A DNA stretch of 64,000 bases, taken from Octopus vulgaris (taxonomy: Eukaryota). The notes beneath the pieces were generated by a model. The model had not been told where the DNA came from. It did no database searches and saw only the letters and a program-made list of their open reading frames with translations. Shown piece by piece: positions 1-12,908 of this stretch (the first letter of the stretch is position 1; the number at the start of each line of letters is the position of its first letter). The translations under genes were made by a program, and so were the position numbers. The stretch lies in contig OX597816.1 of assembly GCA_951406725.2 (NCBI GenBank), forward strand, positions 163,680,001-163,744,000, written 5' to 3'.

Positions 1-1
1 A

Positions 2-110
2 GACATCAGAGCTAATAGACTAGATTTTGTTGTGAAACACCAAAACAATAATATCTGTTTACTCTGACCATAATATCTCGAGAAAAGTATGTGATAAGCT
101 CAGAAAAGAA
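2..110 (+). mobile_element. Degenerate R4/Dong-type RLE LINE endonuclease remnant
   Basis: Reads DIRANRLDFVVKHQNNNICLL then DKLRK, paralleling EIKANRPDIVVRDHEEK...EKLSK of the element at 26710-28296. Confidence 0.5.
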
Positions 111-199
111 ATTTATATAAGACATTTTCTTGTAGAAATTGTCCCGCAACGGCGGGCTATCCAGATCGCCATGATAGATCGCTAGCCACTAAATATTTA

Positions 200-362
200 T
201 TATTTTCTCTCCCTGTTTCTTTCTGTGTTCCATTTTGTCGAAGAGCGTAGTCTCGAAACGTAAAAGACTTTATCACTTCCCGAGCGTGAAACTAATACAT
301 CTGTTTGCTGTTTACACGCCCGTCTTCGTGTTTTGTTATTTTGTAAATTCTCATATCTATCT
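200..362 (+). mobile_element. Short (TA)n-associated repeat with hammerhead-like motif (GAGCGTAGGCTC family)
   Basis: TGTCGAAGAGCGTAGTCTCGAAACGTAAAAG followed by a conserved tail into (TA)n; related copies at about 13906-14022(-), 32040-32205(+), 37958-38040(-), 49075-49250(-), 59850-59950(-). Confidence 0.6.
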
Positions 363-630
<268 letters not shown>

Positions 631-1166
631 TGTCTGCCACAGGAATTGACCTCTTATCGGTTTTAAGTGTTCCAGCGTTAACATTGACCAGTAGTAGCCG
701 CTGCTGCCAATATGGTTAGTAATTTTATTGGACTTAGCAATGGGTCAAGCGTGGGTCACTCACTGGAACCTTTCCAGTAGAACAACTATATTTAATGCTC
801 ACATAGATGTGCGTGTGTATGTACGTGTGTGCGTGTGTGTGTGTGCGTGTGTGTATTTCTATGTTTGTCTGTTTACTTATTTATAATGCAATTATATTTC
901 CAGTATACATACGCTCATTCACACACACATATTTATATATACATATACGTATATATATATATATATATCCATATATACAGACACATATGTATGTATATAT
1001 ATACATGCATACATACATATATATATACATGCATACATACATGTATACATAAATACGTACATACACACTGATCTATATATATATACAATTATGATGAAGG
1101 GCATAGAAAAAATCTTGCCTTTATGCTGAAAGGATATATGTATATATATGTACGTATATATATATG

Positions 1167-1236
<70 letters not shown>

Positions 1237-1589
1237 TACATATATACATATATACATATATACATATATACATAAGTGTGACTTTATGTAGTTTATATAT
1301 ATATATATAAGCATTAGATATGTATGTATATAAATATGCATGTAAACGACATACACATATATGTACGCACGCGCTATGTACACACGTATATATTTATACT
1401 TACACTTACAAACACCCGCTCTTATGTACATATATATATATGTATATATATTAACATAAATTTATATGGATATATGTATATGTATGTGCATGTGTGTATC
1501 TGTGTATGTAAAATATTCTATCATCACGGTGCAAACGACGCCAATATGAAGTTCATGCCTTACTCAAGGCTTGGCCCGGAGCCATACGC

Positions 1590-1900
1590 CCTGTACAAAA
1601 ACCGAACTTCCATCACATAACAATATCGCTACATAACATTTTTTTTTACTTTCGCCTCAACTAATCCTGCCTTTTTAGTCAACAATATTCGGAAATAAAT
1701 CACAGAAGGAAATGACCCTATGATATTCAAAAGTTACCTGGACAAATTTTTCCCAGAAATACCAGACAAACCACCAACACATGGATACATTTCACTCAAT
1801 AAATCTCCTTCCTCGAATAGGGTACGAAGTCCTAAAACATAACGACTTAAGATACTGTTTCAGTAGGTGCAATTAAGTTAGTCACGGCGTGGGGCATCAA
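1590..1900 (+). mobile_element. Degenerate LINE ORF2 C-terminus (CR1/L2/Jockey-group-like)
   Basis: Reads FKSYLDKFFPEIPDKPPTHGYISLN, matching the LDxFLxxIPDEP motif at 11487 and 54880; a second more decayed copy at about 2050-2320. Confidence 0.55.
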
Positions 1901-3112
1901 TGGTCATAACGATGACCGTCAGCGCTATATTCGTATTTTGATGAAAATATTCAATAATAATATTGCTCAAATGATTCTTGCGTGAACTTTAAAATTCACC
2001 CAAGGCTTATTCCCACTGCCATCCGCCCTTTGTAAGAAATCATGCTCTAAGACTGAAGTTCTTCATCCCAACTGGCCCTGCTCTCTTTAATATCATGTCA
2101 AAACACAAGAGAAGGAACATATTTTATAACATTAAGACGGCGTCTGGATGAAAATCTCCAACGAATTCCGACACCCGGATATATCCCTACAAACGATAAA
2201 CCTTTACTCGAATGAGCTACGGAGCTCAGAAAATAACTGTAATATGAAACATCCTTAAATGTCTTTTCCAAGTGGTTGTATTAATTTAGGTATGACCTGG
2301 GTCAATTCTGGCCAAAACCTATATATTTATCACACAGACAGAGAGACAGACAAACATACATACATACATACATACATACATACATACATACATACATACA
2401 TACATACATACATACATACATACATACACACACACATGCAGTCGTACATTACAAGTGCAATCTGTGAGTGGAACAGTAAAAATATGCAAGACTTTTCTCT
2501 AGATATGATTAGCATGGTGTAACACACTACCACCAGTGACCAGGTTGTCACTCATATATAAATATATATGAAAGATTGGTATAAATTATGGATTCAGAGA
2601 ATTATGTGGTTATTACAGCAAGTTTCTCATATGGAACAGACAACCAGTCCGCTTTGCATGAAGAAGGTTACGAAACGGCTGTAACCATATGAAAGTTATG
2701 CGATGAAGTAAATCTTCATCTTCATCTCTCTTACCGCCAATTTTTTTCCTTCCCTTCCTTCCTTTCAATCTTCCATTTCTTCCATCTCATTCGAATTTCC
2801 TCTCCCACTCGATTCAAATTTCTCCACCATTCCACTTTATTCCTTATTCTGTGTATTCCTTATTCTGTTGTTCTTCAGAATCTTAGCTTCTACGTTTTCT
2901 TATTCACCTCATTTTCTTTCCTTCAGCGTTTCCAATTCCATTGCTTTTTCTCCTCTTTCTTTGTGTTTTATTCCATCACAGTCTCTTTCACCTTAATTTT
3001 TTTGAATCTCTATCTCTTTTCTCACTTTTTTCTGTTTTTTCTTTCTTTCTTTCTTTTTCTCTCTTTCTTTTTCTGTCTTCGTTCGTTCGTTTGTTCGTTC
3101 GTTCCTTCTTTC

Positions 3113-3559
3113 CTATGCATCTTCTACCCCCTTACCCTTTTCAATCTCTCTTTCCCACTTTTCTTCTTTCCATCTCTTTCTTTCTTTCTTTCTTTCTTTC
3201 TTTACCTTCCCTTCCTTCCTTCCTTCCTACGCATCTTCTGTCCTTACCCTTTTAAATCTCTCTTTCCTACTTTTCTTCTTTCCATCTCTTTCTTTCTTTC
3301 TTTCTTTACCTTTCCTTCCTTCCTTCCTTCCTTCCTTCCTTCCTTCCTACGCATCTTCTATCCTTACCCTTTTAAATCTCTCTTTCCTACTTTTCTTCTT
3401 TCCATCTCTTTCTTTCTTTCTTTCTTTCTTTCCTTTTCTTTCTTTCTTTCTTTCCTTCCTTCCTTCCTTCCTTCCTTCCTTCCTTCCTTCCTTTCTACGC
3501 ATTTTCTATCCTTACTCTTTTAAATCTCTATTTCTCACTTTTTGCGCTTTCCATCTGTT

Positions 3560-3595
<36 letters not shown>

Positions 3596-4090
3596 TCCCT
3601 TTCCTTCCTTCCTTCCTTCCTTCCTACGCATCTTCTATCCTTACCCCTTTAAATCTCTCTTTCCCACTTTTCTTCTTTCCATCTCTTTCTTTCTTTCTTT
3701 CTTTCTTTCTTTACCTTTCCTTCCTTCCTTCCTTCCTACGCATCTTCTATCCTTACCCTTTTAAATCTCTCTTTCCCACTTTTCTTCTTTCCATCTCTTT
3801 CTTTCTTTCTTTCTTTCTTTCTTTACCTTTCCTTCCTTCCTATCTTCCTTCCTTCCTACGCATCTTCTATCCTTACCCTTTTAAATCTCTCTTTCCCACT
3901 TTTCTTCTTTCCATCTCTTTCTTTCTTTCTTTCTTTCTTTCTTTACCTTTCCTTCCTTCCTTCCTTCCTTCCTTCCTACGCATCTTCTATCCTTACCCTT
4001 TTAAATCTCTTTCCTACTTTTCTTCTTTCCATCTGTTTCTTTCCTTCTTTCTTTCTTTCCTTTTCCGCCCTTCTTTCTTTCGTACCTTCC
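3113..4090. repeat. Polypyrimidine minisatellite, about 8 units of 110-150 bp
   Basis: Core CTACGCATCTTCTATCCTTACCCTTTTAAATCTCTCTTTCC recurs near 3113, 3227, 3347, 3495, 3624, 3736, 3856, 3976 with variable (TTTC)n/(TTCC)n spacers. Confidence 0.92.
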
Positions 4091-4146
4091 TTCACTTCTT
4101 TCCTCCCTTCCTTCCTTCCTTTCTGAAACGAACAACAACAACAAAA

Positions 4147-4192
<46 letters not shown>

Positions 4193-4661
4193 TTACTACT
4201 ACTGTTGCTGGTACTGTGGCTGTTTTTCTGTAAAAGTGTGCTCTGTCGAAATGCCGAAATTGGCTTCAGCGTGGCCCGGTTGACCTATGCCCTCCAAATT
4301 GGGTTCCCGCGTTGGCAGGTGAATGCAGTCATTGTTAATAACAGATCGATTCTGGCAAGCTTTCCGCACACTTCTCTCCACACTACTAGAAGACCAGCAG
4401 CACGGAGAGCAGTTGCATGACGGGTAATAGTGCTAGTTTTATGTCTGTGTAACGCAGAGAAGAGGAAAGCGTTCGATAGTGGCCAAAGAAGAAGAAGAAG
4501 AAGAAGAAGAAGAAGACGAGAAGGATTGCGTGGGCTTAGTGGTGGTGGTATGGGCGGAGGCAGTGAAGCAATGAGATAGAATAGAAGAGAGAATAATACA
4601 AACACGAATACATCTATACATACATAAATACACACACACACACACATATATGTATATATGC

Positions 4662-4706
<45 letters not shown>

Positions 4707-4754
4707 AACACGCATATATATATATACATACATACATATATATGAATATATATA

Positions 4755-4873
<119 letters not shown>

Positions 4874-5569
4874 ATATATATAGCGAGAGAGAGAGAGAGA
4901 GAGATAAAGAAGAGTGGTCAGAAAACGTGCGGACTAGTAGAGATGCCGTGGATATTTGAAAAAAAAATGGTTGAGAAAGAGAATGTGAAAGAGAACACGA
5001 TGGGGAGGTTGAGAGAGGGTAGAGAAAGAGAGAGAGAGAGAAAGAGAGAGAGAGTGAGGGAGAAAGAGAAAGAGAAAGATAGAAAGTAGGTAAATTAAGC
5101 GGTCAAAAGAGATTTGGGAAAGATAAAGATAGAATGATGGCGATGCTGGAAGAGAAAATGTCGTATATATATATATATACATACATACATACATACATAT
5201 ATATGAATATATATATATATGCTTTTTATATATTTGATATATGTATCCATAATCGTATATATATGATATATAGTATATATATATATATATATACTTCACT
5301 GGAATCGATAACGAAAGAGCGATGGAAGGTGACCGAGAATAAATACTTTTCACCTGTAGTTTGTATTGATTGCATTGGCTTATTGCCAACCATTGGTCAA
5401 GGGAATGAACACCGACAATTGGATTGACCCCAGTAAATATATGGCGGTCATTTTATCGATCATAAACGGAATTAACCATTGTTAATGACTGGTACTAAAT
5501 TTTGGACTCTGGATTAATCGTAGTCTGAAACTGTTTTATACTTCAAGCTTCCTGAATAAGCGATGTTTA

Positions 5570-5870
5570 AGGGTGTTGAACGAAACACCCATGTTTTTCA
5601 GAGGTGAATTATTCAAGCCCCAAGGAATTCCTCTCAACACATGGTTATGATGCTCCCCCACTACTTCTGCTTGTGATCAGAGATACACATATCATCAGCC
5701 ATTAACAGACATACCCAACTGGTTAAGGTCAAACAACTGACAAGCAAATATGTGGTATTGAGCAGAATATTTGCTGTAGCCCATCTTTTATGCACAAAAA
5801 GAACCCCAACAAAAAACAATGTACATGATTACACTTCCAGTCAGTTAACGTCAAAAGACATGAGAGGTGG
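5570..5870 (-). mobile_element. Internal fragment of non-coding element E1
   Basis: Diverged match to 22832-23115. Confidence 0.8.
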
Positions 5871-5889
5871 AGGTGTTCTTTTCAGTTGT

Positions 5890-6024
5890 GCAACGTTCTG
5901 AGTTCAAATGATACCAAGGTCGACTTTGCCTTTCATCCTTTCGGGGTTGATAAAATTAGTTGAACACTAGGTCGATGTAATCGACCTGTCCCCCACCTCA
6001 CGAAATTGCTGGTCCTGTTCCTAA

Positions 6025-6025
<1 letters not shown>
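5890..6025 (+). mobile_element. SINE-B fragment
   Basis: GTTCTGAGTTCAAAT..GGTCGACTTTGCCTTTCATCCTTTCGGGG, as in 10816-11047. Confidence 0.8.
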
Positions 6026-6089
<64 letters not shown>

Positions 6090-6100
6090 GTTCTTTCTTT

Positions 6101-6301
6101 TATAGTTCTATATTTAAGAGATGAGGAATTATGTACGCTATTTACATTATTTACATTTGACCGATATTCGTCATCTTTTTTGTTGTTAACACAACGTTTC
6201 GGCTGACATACCCTTCAGCCTTCATCAGGTGTCTTGGGGAAATTTTGAACCTGGTTCTCATTCCTAAGGTATTTTTCGATTATTATTATTATTATTATTA
6301 C

Positions 6302-6349
<48 letters not shown>

Positions 6350-6359
6350 TATTATTATC

Positions 6360-6390
<31 letters not shown>

Positions 6391-6615
6391 TTACTTGGAT
6401 TATCGAACTCGGATTATCTATTATTATTATTATTATTATTACTACGCCATATTATTATTGCCCAGGTTCGAAATTTCCCCAAGACACCTGATGAAGGCTG
6501 GAGGGAATATTCAGCCGAAACGCTGTGTTAACAACAAACAAGATGAGGACAAATATCCGTCAACTGTAAATAATGTAAAGAATTATTATTCCTCATCTCT
6601 TAAATATTAGAACTA
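6101..6615. mobile_element. Inverted pair of a hammerhead-bearing repeat around an (ATT)n tract
   Basis: About 6101-6255 is the reverse complement of 6460-6615; each arm carries CTGATGA-stem-GAAAC. Confidence 0.8.
6188..6233 (-). ncRNA. Minimal type I hammerhead ribozyme (extra A after A9)
   Basis: GACAC CUGAUGA A GGCUGA-agggUAUG-UCAGCC GAAAC GUU GUGUU: helix I GACAC/GUGUU, 6-bp helix II, palindromic ACGU helix III. The + copy at 6483-6529 has GCU at the cleavage triplet and is probably inactive. Confidence 0.75.
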
Positions 6616-6617
6616 TG

Positions 6618-6712
<95 letters not shown>

Positions 6713-7067
6713 ACATTCGTAGGCTTGTCATTAAATTGTCATCTTGTATAAACCTATATTTTTAATCATATATCACATATGTACATTCATTTATATACAT
6801 GGCGGCGGCGTTGGAGACCGTCGTTGTTTGTCTCCATGTTGGGTGGGTAGGATTAGCGCGTGCATTATATTCAATTAATTTGATGTATATATAAACAAGT
6901 TTGCCTTTCCGGGAAAGCCGTAATGTATGTCACTTTTAAACAAAGATGTATACAAACATACACACGCGGAATCATACATACACACTTATATACACACATA
7001 CAAAGAAATGCATATTTATCTATCCATCTCTCTCTATCTATCTATTCTCTCTCTCTCTCTCTCTCTC

Positions 7068-7150
<83 letters not shown>

Positions 7151-7337
7151 TATACATATATATATATACATATATATATATAAATACATATATTGAGTGA
7201 TATATATATATGTATGTATATATATATATATATATATATATGCATAGAAGTGTATATAAATGTATATGTATAGATATATATATGCATACAAGTATATATG
7301 AATATATAAGTATATATGTATATACGCACACATATAT

Positions 7338-7397
<60 letters not shown>

Positions 7398-7592
7398 CTG
7401 AATATATATATATTTCCGAGCCGCCTCCATTCTTATGAAGGCGACATTTAATTGTTACTTTCAGGTTTCGAGACAAGAAAATTCCGCAAGAGGTTTTGTC
7501 TCCGTTTTATCGGGACTAAAATCTCTTCTGAGATAAATACTTGCCTGGTGATAGCTTGAGTATGGTCGTGGTGGTAGGGGCTGCTTATGAAG

Positions 7593-7653
<61 letters not shown>

Positions 7654-7987
7654 TGAGTGTGTGTGTGTGTACGATGAGTGGCGATGGATCCCTTAATTTT
7701 AAAGAAGAGTGGGTGTGAATGTTAGGTAAAGATATTGGCTGAAGAGAGAGAGAAAGAGAGAGAGAGAGACAATAATAGAGGAATGAAGATATGCAGATAA
7801 AAATGTGTATATGCATATATATGTGTGTGTGTGTGAGTGTGTGTATACGTGCTTGTGTTCCGGGTTGTATCTGTCGATGTGTGTATTGGGAATCATGGCT
7901 GCCTGCGTAAATAATCACACAAGTGTATATGTGTACATAACTGTGTGTAAGCTCGCATCTGCATGTACGTGCGACAATACATGTATG

Positions 7988-8046
<59 letters not shown>

Positions 8047-8373
8047 GCAATTAGAAAGAGACACTAATAGTTTTACGCTTTAAAGTACATTGAATTGACA
8101 GATTTATGTAACATGCCAAATGTCAGTACAAGTATTTAAAAACCAGGGCAGTGATAGACCATCGTTCTGGTTTTTAAAATGCATCTAACGCTATGAATTG
8201 AACCTGAAAGATTGTTTGGAGATACGTGGCATGTTATATAAATCTGCCAATTTATTGTATCTCTAAAGTATGAAACTATCAGAAGCTCTACGTAAATTGT
8301 GTATATTAAATGGTATTTAACTCTCACTGGAAGTACTTTTTTTGTTGTTGATCTTACCTGTAGAGGAAGTGGA

Positions 8374-8476
<103 letters not shown>

Positions 8477-8494
8477 TGTGTGTATGTATTTATG

Positions 8495-8546
<52 letters not shown>

Positions 8547-8549
8547 CTC

Positions 8550-8915
8550 ATTTACTTGTTTCAGTCATTTGACTGCAGCCATGCTGGAGCACCGCCTTTA
8601 GTCGAGCAAATCGACCCCAGGACTCATTCTTTGTAAGCCTAGTATTTATTCTATCGGCATTTTTGCCGAACCAAGTTACGGTAACGTAAACACACCACCA
8701 TCGGTTGTCAAGCGATGTTGGAGGAGAAACACAGACACACAAACATATACACACGCATACATATATATACATAATACGACGGGCTTCTTTCAGTTTCCGT
8801 CTACCAAATCCACTCACAAGGATTTGGTCTTCCCGAGGCTATAGTAGAAGTCACTTGCCCAAGGTACCACGCAGTGGGACTGAACTCGAAACCATGTGGT
8901 TGGTAAGCAAGCTAC
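8550..8915 (-). mobile_element. SINE-A (tRNA-derived head, CORE-like CCTTGGGCAAGT, internal microsatellite)
   Basis: Near-full copy; others at about 11903-12060, 41545-41950, 44090-44250 + 45010-45160, 47190-47345(+), 49283-49400, 54283-54687, 56585-57020. Confidence 0.85.
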
Positions 8916-8937
8916 ATTCATGCATATATATACACGT

Positions 8938-9876
8938 AATCAAAGGACACACTTAGTATGTCTACCTGCTGGAAATAACAGTCAAAAATCGCCAATATAC
9001 ACTGATAATAACTACAGAAATCAACAATTTGAAGGCAAACGGGCTAAGACAATCTGTCAGCATACATTCAAGTATTTGGACTCGCATGGGGCGGTTTCTG
9101 GACTGGAATTTGTAACCTCACCTTCCTCAGCATGCGTTACCATGATGGAATGTCGCAACCCGTCACGTTGAAGTCTGCTCTGCAACTGATTCGGAGATTT
9201 AAATGAGAGTTTTGGCTGTTTTTGTCAGCAGGTAGACATACCTTGTATGTTCTTTGATTAATTTTAATCCTTCAGTTATTTAATGCGTTTTTGGGCCAGC
9301 AATCGCCTATATTATTGATTTTTATATTATCATTTTTAAATTGCTACACTTGATAATAACAGAGTCAATAATATCTTCGCAAATATTTTTTCTCCTGAAT
9401 TATTCGCTCCGTGTTGAAATTATTTTCACACTTGGTGGCTGCCATGATTTCGGTGCAAAACGATTCAGTTGCAGAGCAGACTTCAACGTGACGGGTTGGG
9501 GCTCTCAATCATGGTAACACGTGCTGAAATAGATGAGGCCATAATGCCATTTCAGAAACCGGTCCACGTGAGTCCAAATACTTGAATATATGCTGAGAGG
9601 TTGTCTTAGCCCGTTTGCCTTCAGACGGTTGATTTCTGTAATTATTATCAGTGTATATTGACGATTTAAATAAGAGTTTTGACTGTTATTTCCAGCAGGT
9701 AGACATACTTAGTATGTCCTTTGATTAATTTTAATCCTTCAGGTATTTAATGCTTTTTGGGGGCCTGCAATCGCCTATATTATTGATTTTGTTATTATCA
9801 ATTTTAATTGTTACACTAGATAATAACAGAGCCAATAATATTTTCCTCCTGAATTACTTGCTCCGAATTGAAATTT
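8938..9876. mobile_element. Inverted plus direct partial-tandem repeat with two hammerhead-like motifs (Penelope-pLTR-like)
   Basis: 8938-9190 is an inverted copy of 9462-9728; 9195-9420 is a direct copy of 9663-9876; motifs at 9083-9136(-) and 9518-9570(+). Confidence 0.75.
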
Positions 9877-9946
<70 letters not shown>

Positions 9947-9954
9947 AAGTTAGA

Positions 9955-10110
9955 GAAGAAGAAGAAGAAGAAGAAGAAGAAGAAGAAGAAGAAGAAGAAG
10001 AAGAAGAAGAAGAAGAAGAAGAAGAAGAAGAAGAAGAAGAAGAAGAAGAAGAAGAAGAAGAAGAAGAAGAAGAAGAAGAAGAAGAAGAAGAAGAAGAAGA
10101 AGAAGAAGAA
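9955..10110. repeat. Pure (GAA)52 tract
   Basis: Uninterrupted GAA run; source of the poly-E/K/S ORFs. Confidence 0.97.
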
Positions 10111-10631
10111 GCCTTGGAAGAGAAGCTTATTGTTCTCATTTTACTATATTTCACAAGCGTTCTATTCGTGACCACCTAATCGTTATTTATATAAATTAGA
10201 CTCTATTGGACAATATGTCCTTCCTTTTTTAGAGAGAATATAATATGACCAGAGAGAAATTTCGCTGCTCTTTCTAACACGTTCACTGATCACACAAAGA
10301 CCCTCCCTCCCTTCCTCCTCTAAGTTTCGTCTGGTGGGATTCCGAACCTTTTCAAAATAACAAAGGGTTTTCTGTGTGTGAGAATATGAAAAACACATTA
10401 GAATTTCACAGACTGAAAACGTTTCAGCGAATATTTACAAAACATAATGAAACGTTTGTAGCATTGGTTCAAATAGACAGTTTATTGTGTAATGTTCGTT
10501 TTGTATATATGGCGCTTCTGTAGACCAAGAGGCTGGTGTTTAAAAAACACAGGGTATATTCAAATGACATTGTATCTTGTGAACGAATTTACCTTGGAAG
10601 ATTCGGGAATATTCAATAAACACCAGTATAT

Positions 10632-11047
10632 ATTTCTTTACTGCCCACAAGGAGCTAAACATAGACGGGACAAACAAGGACAGACAAACGGATTAAGTCG
10701 ATTATATCGACCCCAGTGCGTAACTGGTACTTATTTAATCGACCCCGAAAGGATGAAAGGCAAAGTCAACCTCAGCGGAATTTGAACCCAGAACGTAGCG
10801 GCAGACGAAATACCCATTTCTTTACTACCCACAAGGGGCTAAACACAGAGAGGACAAACAAGGACAGACAAACGGATTAAATCGATTATATTGACCCCAG
10901 TGCGTAACTGGTACTTTGTTTATCGACTCCGAAAAGATAAACGGTAAAGTCGACCTCGGCGGTATTTGAACTCAGAACGTAACGGCAGACGTAATACCGC
11001 TAAGCATTTCGCCCGGCGTGCTAACGTTTCTGCCAGCTCGCCGCCTT
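10632..11047 (-). mobile_element. SINE-B dimer (full copy plus 5'-truncated copy) with ~20 bp target-site duplication
   Basis: TTCAATAAACACCAGTATAT at 10612-10631 and 11046-11065; tRNA-like head and a central GACTTTGCCTTTCATCCTTTCGGGGTCGAT domain resembling the Meta/MESC SINE core. Other copies near 11345, 12095, 34835, 43645, 45240, 46650. Confidence 0.88.
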
Positions 11048-11448
11048 CAATAAACACCAGTATATGACAGGTGTTACTGTAAGGACTTCGTCGTCGAATA
11101 AGTTTTATGTTTTATATTTTAGTTGTTTCATTTATTAAACTGCGGCCATGCTCGGGCACCAATCTGAAGGACATTTTAGTAGAATGAATGAAACCCGCTA
11201 ATTATTCTTTCCTCGCCTACTGTTGTTTTTCTGTTATTCGGTACTTTCTGGCGGTTGTATATTAGGGATTTAGCTCTTATTTCTAAACAGATCGATGCTG
11301 TTTCCGCATCCTTGTGACTCATGCTAACTTTATATATATATATAAGGTCGACTTTGCCTTTTATCCTTTCGGAGTCGATAAACAAAGTACCAGTTACGCA
11401 CTGAGGTCGATATTATCGATTTAATCCGTTTGTCTGTCCTTGTTTGTC

Positions 11449-11486
<38 letters not shown>

Positions 11487-11680
11487 CTGGATTTCTTCCT
11501 GTCAGGTGTCCCAGATGAACCAACTTCACGGCAGGAGGTGCAGATGAGGGCAGCTGCATCGAACTCTCTCATGCACCAAATGGCAATTGCTAAAAAGCAT
11601 TCGTGAAGTAAAATCATGTAGCAACACCAAATGGCGGTGCCCCAGCATGGCCACAGCTCGTGAGCTGAAACTAGATGAAA
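11487..11680 (+). mobile_element. LINE 3' end (ORF2 C-terminus plus 3' UTR)
   Basis: LDFFLSGVPDEPTSRQEVQMRAAASNSLMHQ; the tail GGCGGTGCCCCAGCATGGCCAC..GCTGAAAC recurs at 59598-59700 and, diverged, at 11747-11875. Confidence 0.75.
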
Positions 11681-11686
11681 AAAATA

Positions 11687-11735
<49 letters not shown>

Positions 11736-12293
11736 GTATATATATATGAGGGCAGCAACGTCAAATTCCTTCATCCACCAAATGTTACATGCCAGAGGAG
11801 GTTTAGCGGAAGTATCGCAAGGTAAACGGCTGTGCCCCAACATGGCCACAACCCTTGGGCTGGAACTTAGAGAAAGAAATACATACACATATATATATGT
11901 ATGCGATGGGCTTCTTTTCAGTTTCCATCTACTAAACCCACTCACAAGGCTTTGGTCAGTCCAAAGATATAGTTAAAGACACTTAGCCAAGGTGCCACAC
12001 AATTGGATTGAACCTGATGCCACGTGGTTAGAAGGCATGCTTCTTACCTAAGAGCCATACCTTTGCACCTATGTCTGTAAATAGTAATGGTTTCAAATTT
12101 TGGCACAAGGCCAGCAAGTTCGGGGTAGGAGGTACGTCGATTACCTTGTGATTAACTTGTGTTAATTTTATTGCTTCATCCCCCGAAAGATGACAGCTCA
12201 GAACGTAAAGACGAATAAAATGCTGCTAAGCTATTTGCCCGGCGCGCTAACGATTCTGCAAGCTCTCCTAATATTTTTAGGACGTTATATACA

Positions 12294-12338
<45 letters not shown>

Positions 12339-12439
12339 TTGTGCGTGTGTGTGTGTGTGCACCTGCATGCATTTGTACATATATACACATATAAAGATAT
12401 GCATACAAACGCATATATATGTGAGTATATAGCTATATA

Positions 12440-12501
<62 letters not shown>

Positions 12502-12828
12502 TACATATACGTATGCATATACATACATATATATATTTTTTTATTATTGCAGTTATGTAAAAGTGTCGTAAGTCTAGAATGATGCTTTTTCAGAAAATGG
12601 AAAAAAGTTTCACTGTTACATAGCAAACCTGTTGCACTACACTTTAACAATCTTTAATATCTTAGCACCTGCAGCAGCTGAAGATACGATAGTTTGACCA
12701 AAAGTACCGACTACTGCAATCAAAGACACATATTGAAAAAAACGCATTCGGCCAAATTTGGACATGCGACAGTTTAACATAATAGCATTCGATATACATA
12801 TACATATATATATATGTATGTACATATA

Positions 12829-12908
<80 letters not shown>

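Noticed and set aside
3113-4090. CRISPR-like repeat-spacer appearance
   Set aside because: Spacers are low-complexity microsatellite, the context is eukaryotic and there are no cas genes.
9868-10179. Poly-E/K/S ORFs, and poly-Y/I/N/L ORFs at 25.9, 28.2, 31.0 and 42.6 kb
   Set aside because: Trinucleotide repeats with no flanking coding signal.
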